A DNA stretch of 63,998 bases, the filler included, from Stramenopiles sp. TOSAG23-3 (lineage: Eukaryota): assembly GCA_900128585.1 (NCBI GenBank). It is 5 parts of 5 records of this genome, joined end to end, with 100 filler letters (N's around TTAATTAATTAA, not from the genome) between each part and the next. Parts side by side here need not be neighbours in the genome. Positions count along the whole stretch, not along the records: positions 53,164 to 63,998 come from LT642782.1; 4 more parts are not named here. One strand, written 5' to 3'. The notes under the pieces are model-generated. The model had not been told where the DNA came from. It saw nothing but the letters and a program-made list of their open reading frames with translations, and ran no database searches. The translations under genes and the position numbers were made by a program. The number at the start of each line of letters is the position of its first letter. The first letter of the stretch is position 1. Positions 61,369-63,998 of the stretch are shown here, one piece after another.

Positions 61369-62988
61369 TTAGTTTGTTCGTTGGTGCAGTTTCAATTCGA
61401 CAAGATATTTCATGCGTACTTGACCAACATCATACACATGATATTCGTTGAAATGCATATCTGTTGCTAAATCGTGTCGTTTATCAACCAATGGACCTGC
61501 AGAAATTTGAACAGGCTCCTCAAGGCATAGGGGAAATTCTGTGGATGGTGCGAGGCGCCCCAAACCTTTTACAGAGTGATTCGGGGGATTGGCGAAGGTC
61601 ATGAATTCTGCATTCTTCTTTTCTTGTGATAACCCACAAGCCACTTCACAGAGAAGAAAATGTACGCATGGATTTTTTGACAATATTTCGATATCGCTAA
61701 AATCGGAAATATGTAATGGCTGAGTTTCTATGTCACGAATGGCCCTCGCAATAGTATCATACAAAGCAATACTTTTGCCAAAACGCAAGCCATGTGTAGG
61801 CGCATCTGGCGAAATTGGTCGTACACCCTCGGATAATAGTCCACCAAGCGTGCATTTGGCAGGCACTGGATACCACAATAGCTTGCGATTTGGTAGCTTA
61901 CAGAAAGGGGAGAAACGAGCCCCCTCTCCTACACGGTCAACGGAGAAAACACTAGATACTTCGATGTGAATCCCCATTTTCCATTCCGAGCGTGTACTTT
62001 GAACTACACGTTCAATGCTTTCCCATTGAGAAGAACTGTTTTTCAAATTTTTTATGTGACAGTGCAAATTTTTATATTTTGTATTCAAATAATTCTGATT
62101 TGGGCTGTTAGAGAATGCTTTCTTTGCACGAACAAGGACACGGTTTGATGCCGAAATCATCGACACTGCACGGAGTTTATGGGCAAAGTACTCAACTTTC
62201 GCATGGGAGTCAATTATAAACCCACTTTCACTGCACTCTTTGAACTTTATTCCGTTTTTACAAAATTCCGCAGAAAGTTGCTTAATTTCCCCAAGCTTTT
62301 CATCGTCACCTAATGCCGAAGCTACTTTGATGATGTCTTCAATTTGTCTAAGGTAAGTATACGAAGTTTGGATCTGGGATCTCGTAATCCCTTTCAACTT
62401 TGTGGTACATTTCACCTGGGCTAAAGCCGCTTTCAGTGCCGTTTTAGAGCAAATGTCTTGCAATAAGCTATACTCGCATGCGCCTAGTAGTTTTGTTGCG
62501 GCTGTTCGTTCACTATAATCCTCTTCCACACTCATCATGCTATCGGATGATTCACTATCGGACAAACCTCCACTAGATTCACTGGTATCGCTGCTGAGAC
62601 TACTGTCACTACTGAGATCTTCTTCGACCGCCGACAAATTTGATCCAAGATTAGAGATATTTTCGGCCGATGGCAGGCTACAGTTTGGAGAAACTAGCTC
62701 CTGTAGTGTCCCGCCAGGAAGCGTTTTTTGTTCACTGTTCAACATTTCGGCTCGAGCTTCGCAGCATTTGCGTGCAATGGATTTTAATCGTTTTTTATCC
62801 ATTGCCGTTAGTGATTTTGTAGACAACCGTTTGTGCAACTTGTCCTGGAGATTATTCCATGTGAAAGTTACAAGATCAGAATCTTCACTCTGCGAAATGA
62901 TAGTCTCCAAAAAGTTTGAAGCTGTTTCGAAAGTGCTTGGGCTGAGGGGAACAGCGTTCGCTTGAAGTAAATGTGCACTGGATTTCAT
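61369..62988 (-). CDS. PARP1/2-type regulatory plus catalytic domain protein with degenerate active site
   Basis: ITRSQIQTSYTYLRQI (regulatory domain), YKNLHCHI, VFSVDRVGE, NRKLLWY, GLRFGKSI, LLCEVACG, HSVKGLG, FNEYHVYDVGQVRMKYLV. Confidence 0.8.
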   Translation of the reverse strand: MKSSAHLLQANAVPLSPSTFETASNFLETIISQSEDSDLVTFTWNNLQDKLHKRLSTKSLTAMDKKRLKSIARKCCEARAEMLNSEQKTLPGGTLQELVSPNCSLPSAENISNLGSNLSAVEEDLSSDSSLSSDTSESSGGLSDSESSDSMMSVEEDYSERTAATKLLGACEYSLLQDICSKTALKAALAQVKCTTKLKGITRSQIQTSYTYLRQIEDIIKVASALGDDEKLGEIKQLSAEFCKNGIKFKECSESGFIIDSHAKVEYFAHKLRAVSMISASNRVLVRAKKAFSNSPNQNYLNTKYKNLHCHIKNLKNSSSQWESIERVVQSTRSEWKMGIHIEVSSVFSVDRVGEGARFSPFCKLPNRKLLWYPVPAKCTLGGLLSEGVRPISPDAPTHGLRFGKSIALYDTIARAIRDIETQPLHISDFSDIEILSKNPCVHFLLCEVACGLSQEKKNAEFMTFANPPNHSVKGLGRLAPSTEFPLCLEEPVQISAGPLVDKRHDLATDMHFNEYHVYDVGQVRMKYLVELKLHQRTN

Positions 62989-63913
62989 TTTTAGATGTCT
63001 TTCAATGTGATGAGCAGTACTTGTGGATTCTTTCGTTCAAACGAAAATTGGAATGAAGTCGTTGTTTTCTTCCTGATGAATTTTGACTCAAGCCGTAAAA
63101 CGACTGGAGGGACGAAAACGTAGGAACTGAATTTTGTGAATGATTGATTGCGCGCGGCGAGAAAAAAAAGTGTTCGTTTTTGTTTTAAGGAGATAAAAAT
63201 CATAGTCTATTATTTATTGTTTTGTTTTAATTCAAAGATCCATGGCCTTCATATTTCTGGTTCTTCTATAATACTTGTTGTTCGTGAATATATAATCATA
63301 ATACATCCTTAAAATAAAATTCTGATTTTGAAAAAGGAGAAATGGACCGACAGCTAAATAAATGAAGAAGGCGAAGGAAGTGAAGTGAACACTGTACCTA
63401 CATTGTATTACTTGGTCCCGCCGTACCTTCCTGGTGGTATTTTATTAATTCCTGTATTAATGTACACTATATAGGCAGTGTCATTTTATAATACAGTTTA
63501 AATAAATACAAAATGAATTTGTTGTTGTTTTTCTTCTTACGTACTTCTTGCCTTCATGTTTTTGGCGCTTTATCTTAATTTTAACCCTATTTGTAACATT
63601 AATAAGAAGGTAGGTAGGGTAGATGCGAGTATTAGACTATTATCTAAAGTGTATTTAAGTACTTATTATTAAAATAAAGTATAAATTTATATAGGGTCGT
63701 ATTGAGGTGCTATGTGCTATAATATTATTTTATTATTATACCCTGGTATAATAGACTAATATAACAATGAACACAAACTACTTTTTTGTTTCTTTTTTTT
63801 TTTTGTATTATGTTGATGATTGAATTTTGAAAAAAGAAGAAGAAGTGTAGAGTGTAGAGCTGAAGAAGAAGAAGTGTATGTACTGTAATTCGTTCGAGGA
63901 TTATAGAGAGGGA

Positions 63914-63940
63914 GTGTGTGTGTGTGTGTGTGTGTGTGTG
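63914..63940 (+). repeat. (GT)n microsatellite
   Basis: Direct reading of the sequence. Confidence 0.85.
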
Positions 63941-63998
63941 AGTGGAACAAACATATATATATTTATGTATATAAATTAAATAATTGAAACGCAATGAT

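Overview
Eukaryotic microbial (protist) DNA, probably a flagellated heterotroph such as a stramenopile (inference). Genes are mostly intron-poor and sit between very AT-rich spacers carrying GAA/CTT microsatellites. The window is not continuous: four 100-bp N-TTAATTAATTAA-N linkers join five length-sorted contigs (1-13205, 13306-26499, 26600-39784, 39885-53063, 53164-63998). Four contigs carry mostly housekeeping genes (DENN protein, Rpn13, NDUFA8, VPS13, COG5, monomeric IDH, TRAPPC11, WRAP73, a PARP-like gene) plus several bacterial-type families (CmcI, C45, AKR, DUF1838). Contig 4 differs: it has no housekeeping genes or microsatellites. It carries orphan nuclear-targeted ORFs, decaying gene fragments, a ~285-bp direct repeat, 31-bp palindromic tandem repeats, a MORN protein, and a protein fusing ePHD, chromo-like and PHD/Zn-knuckle readers to a giant-virus-type HNH nuclease. 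That protein, a candidate chromatin-guided endonuclease in a mobile or viral island, is the top candidate. Also notable: an Rpn13 intron that encodes an alternative UIM-bearing C-terminus, and a ~50-bp motif repeatedly placed in sense orientation downstream of stop codons. All family calls come from motif recognition by eye; no searches were run.
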